From Thermoplasmata archaeon (GTDB lineage: Archaea > Thermoplasmatota > DAOVMN01): a DNA stretch of 34,648 nt. The stretch spans positions 1-34,648 of the forward strand of contig DAOVMN010000001.1 in assembly GCA_030630685.1 (NCBI GenBank), written 5' to 3'. Numbering within the stretch: the stretch's first letter is position 1; the number at the start of each line of letters is the position of its first letter. This document shows, piece after piece, positions 32,851-34,648 of this stretch. The position numbers and the translations under genes were made by a program. The notes under the pieces are model-generated. The model worked only from the letters and a program-made list of their open reading frames with translations. It was not told the DNA's origin and searched no databases.

Positions 32851-34179
32851 ATGGGTAAGAGTGTCCTGAGGATCGCGGAAAAGGAGGTAGATGAGGCAGA
32901 GGTGTTCATCATCTCCAGTTCTGGAACCTCGCTTTCGATCGAGAAGAATAGAATAAAATCCGTTTCCGGGGCCGGCGGAACCGGCATCGCAATACGGATC
33001 CTGAAAGACAAGAAGATGGGATTTGCATACTGTACAGCTCTCGAGGGGGTCGTGCGGGCACTTAACCTCGCGATCCAGGGTGCCTCCATAGTACCTGAGA
33101 GGCCCTTCGAGTTCCCTGCCGATGAAAACTACTACACCATCCCGGACCTTCTTGACAGAAGAGTACTGGAGCTCTCCCCGGAAGACGGAATGGAGTTCGC
33201 CTCCCGGATGATCGACTCTGCCAGGGATGCCCACAAGGATATCGATGTCACGGGCGGAGGGGTCTCCTTCGGGGAGGAGGAGGTCGTCATAATGAACACA
33301 CGCGGGCTTGAGGTTTCGGAACACCTGTCCGGTATGAGTGCATCGGTGTACACGGTTTTCAACTCGGATCACCCCACCCCTGGTTTTGAATATGACTCCT
33401 CACATCTTATCCTCAAGGATTATGACGAAATCGGCAGGAAGGCGGCAGAATTGGCTGCAAAAGGACAGAACCCGGTGAAGATCGGGAGCAAAAAGATGCC
33501 GGTCGTGCTCAGGCCGGATGCGATCTCCAGCCTTTTTGAATTCATCCTCGTGCCCGCACTTTACGGGATCAATGTGGGTAAAGGGGAATCTGTCTACACA
33601 GGGAAACTCGGCACCGAGATAGCCAGCCCGGACCTCTCGCTTGTGGATGATCCAACCATGCCGGACGGGGAGAATGCCATGAAGATGGATGATGAGGGCG
33701 TCCCATCCAGGCGCATCGAACTCATCAGGAACGGCGTGCTCAAGGACTTTCTCTACACGATAAAAACAGGTGTAGAGTTCGATCACCCTTCCACTTCCAG
33801 CGGCCTCAGGGGTGGCTACACCTCTCCGGTATCCACCTCTGGCAGGAACATCATTCTAAAAGGGGACACCGAGGAGGAGGACACCCTCATTTCCGAGATC
33901 AAGGAAGGGCTTCTCATCCACGAGCTCATGGGAGCGCATACCTCCAACCCTGCTTCCGGGGATTTCTCTGTTACCGGCTCCATCCTTTTCAGGATCGAGA
34001 ATGGTGAGGTCACCGGTCCGGTCTCGCAGGCGATGCTCAGCGGTAATCTTCCCGAGTACCTGAAGAATGTTTCGGGGTTGGGGAATAATTATCGCAATCT
34101 CTCTGGAGGGCTCACCGCTGTTGGGTTCTACATGCCTTCGGTCAGGATAGAGGGGGTTCGGGTTACCGGGGAGAAGTAG
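32851..34179 (+). CDS. pmbA: TldE/PmbA metalloprotease partner
   Basis: Family similarity begins around LLAMGKSVLRIAEKEVDEAEVFI. The open frame extends to ATG 32680 through the hairpin array, so the true start is unresolved. Confidence 0.85.
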   Translation: MGKSVLRIAEKEVDEAEVFIISSSGTSLSIEKNRIKSVSGAGGTGIAIRILKDKKMGFAYCTALEGVVRALNLAIQGASIVPERPFEFPADENYYTIPDLLDRRVLELSPEDGMEFASRMIDSARDAHKDIDVTGGGVSFGEEEVVIMNTRGLEVSEHLSGMSASVYTVFNSDHPTPGFEYDSSHLILKDYDEIGRKAAELAAKGQNPVKIGSKKMPVVLRPDAISSLFEFILVPALYGINVGKGESVYTGKLGTEIASPDLSLVDDPTMPDGENAMKMDDEGVPSRRIELIRNGVLKDFLYTIKTGVEFDHPSTSSGLRGGYTSPVSTSGRNIILKGDTEEEDTLISEIKEGLLIHELMGAHTSNPASGDFSVTGSILFRIENGEVTGPVSQAMLSGNLPEYLKNVSGLGNNYRNLSGGLTAVGFYMPSVRIEGVRVTGEK

Positions 34180-34424
34180 AGGTGCATCCCGCAGGAGCGG
34201 TTATTGGAGGTGATGATATTAGGTTGAGTTTGTTGCAGGAACACACATTCCCATCAGAAAGCTGCCGCTAACATAACGCCACCACCGCTCCCCACCCCCT
34301 GCCCACAAACGGCGGAAACAAGGAGCACCTGAAACAGAAGTTAGGAACACCCTAACCCGGACAAGCCGGAACCAAATAAGGAATTAAACCGCAGGGACAC
34401 CACGACGACGACCACGACGATTTA

Positions 34425-34507
34425 ACCGCAGAGGTCGCTGAGCGTCGCAGAGTTTTACCAAAGTGTCGTAGTAGTTGTCCTCTGCGTTACTCTGCGCTCT
34501 CTGCGGT
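34425..34507. repeat. Imperfect 28-nt inverted repeat built from three CGCAGAG-type units per arm at 9-10 nt spacing
   Basis: The left arm ACCGCAGAGGTCGCTGAGCGTCGCAGAG (34425-34452) matches the reverse complement of CTCTGCGTTACTCTGCGCTCTCTGCGGT (34480-34507) at 22/28. The outer 9 nt are perfect. Confidence 0.6.
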
Positions 34508-34648
34508 AGAAACAGTGTCCGCAAGCTTACCCCCTCCCTTTAGTCCTGAAACTGGATTTTCAAGACCGTTCTCCGCGGTAAAGTTTCTGCCAAAAAAGCA
34601 CGAATTTCATTGATAAGGAACTAAAGCGTGAGACTACGGTACAGGGAT

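Overview
The window reads as an archaeal chromosomal segment. Markers include TFB, Rpo4/F, L21e, Pus10, FtsZ, a GPN-loop GTPase, a CTP-type riboflavin kinase, BRE/TATA-like promoters and oligo-T terminators. Most of it is housekeeping: a Pus10-L21e-Rpo4-DUF655-FtsZ cluster, Ugd plus a sugar nucleotidyltransferase, a Kbl/BioF-type enzyme, GDH, an aminotransferase, TldD/PmbA, two tRNAs and a bacterial-type HU. Three things stand out. (1) A visibly AT-rich ~1.9 kb cassette (about 5256-7190) carries a Dcd-like gene and a complete thyX. It sits directly upstream of a normal-GC 3' remnant of a second thyX, so the resident gene appears to have been displaced in place. (2) A family of tandem short-hairpin arrays occurs at 9005-9206, 12489-12654 and 32689-32832, with an inverted unit at 12106-12156. 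The linkers are conserved, the stems differ between copies but stay complementary, and the loops are mostly GAA/GCA/AAA. One array is bracketed by ~29-nt inverted repeats (MITE-like). One lies between a 26-nt duplication of the tRNA-Thr 3' end. One lies in frame between the tldD stop and the conserved pmbA N-terminus. (3) Accessory features include two toxin-antitoxin pairs (one toxin frameshifted), phased octamer clusters at both window edges, and several perfect palindromes in promoter regions. No CRISPR array, rRNA, transposase or integrase gene was seen. All calls come from reading the sequence and motifs by eye; no database search or folding program was used, and motif boundaries are hand-derived.
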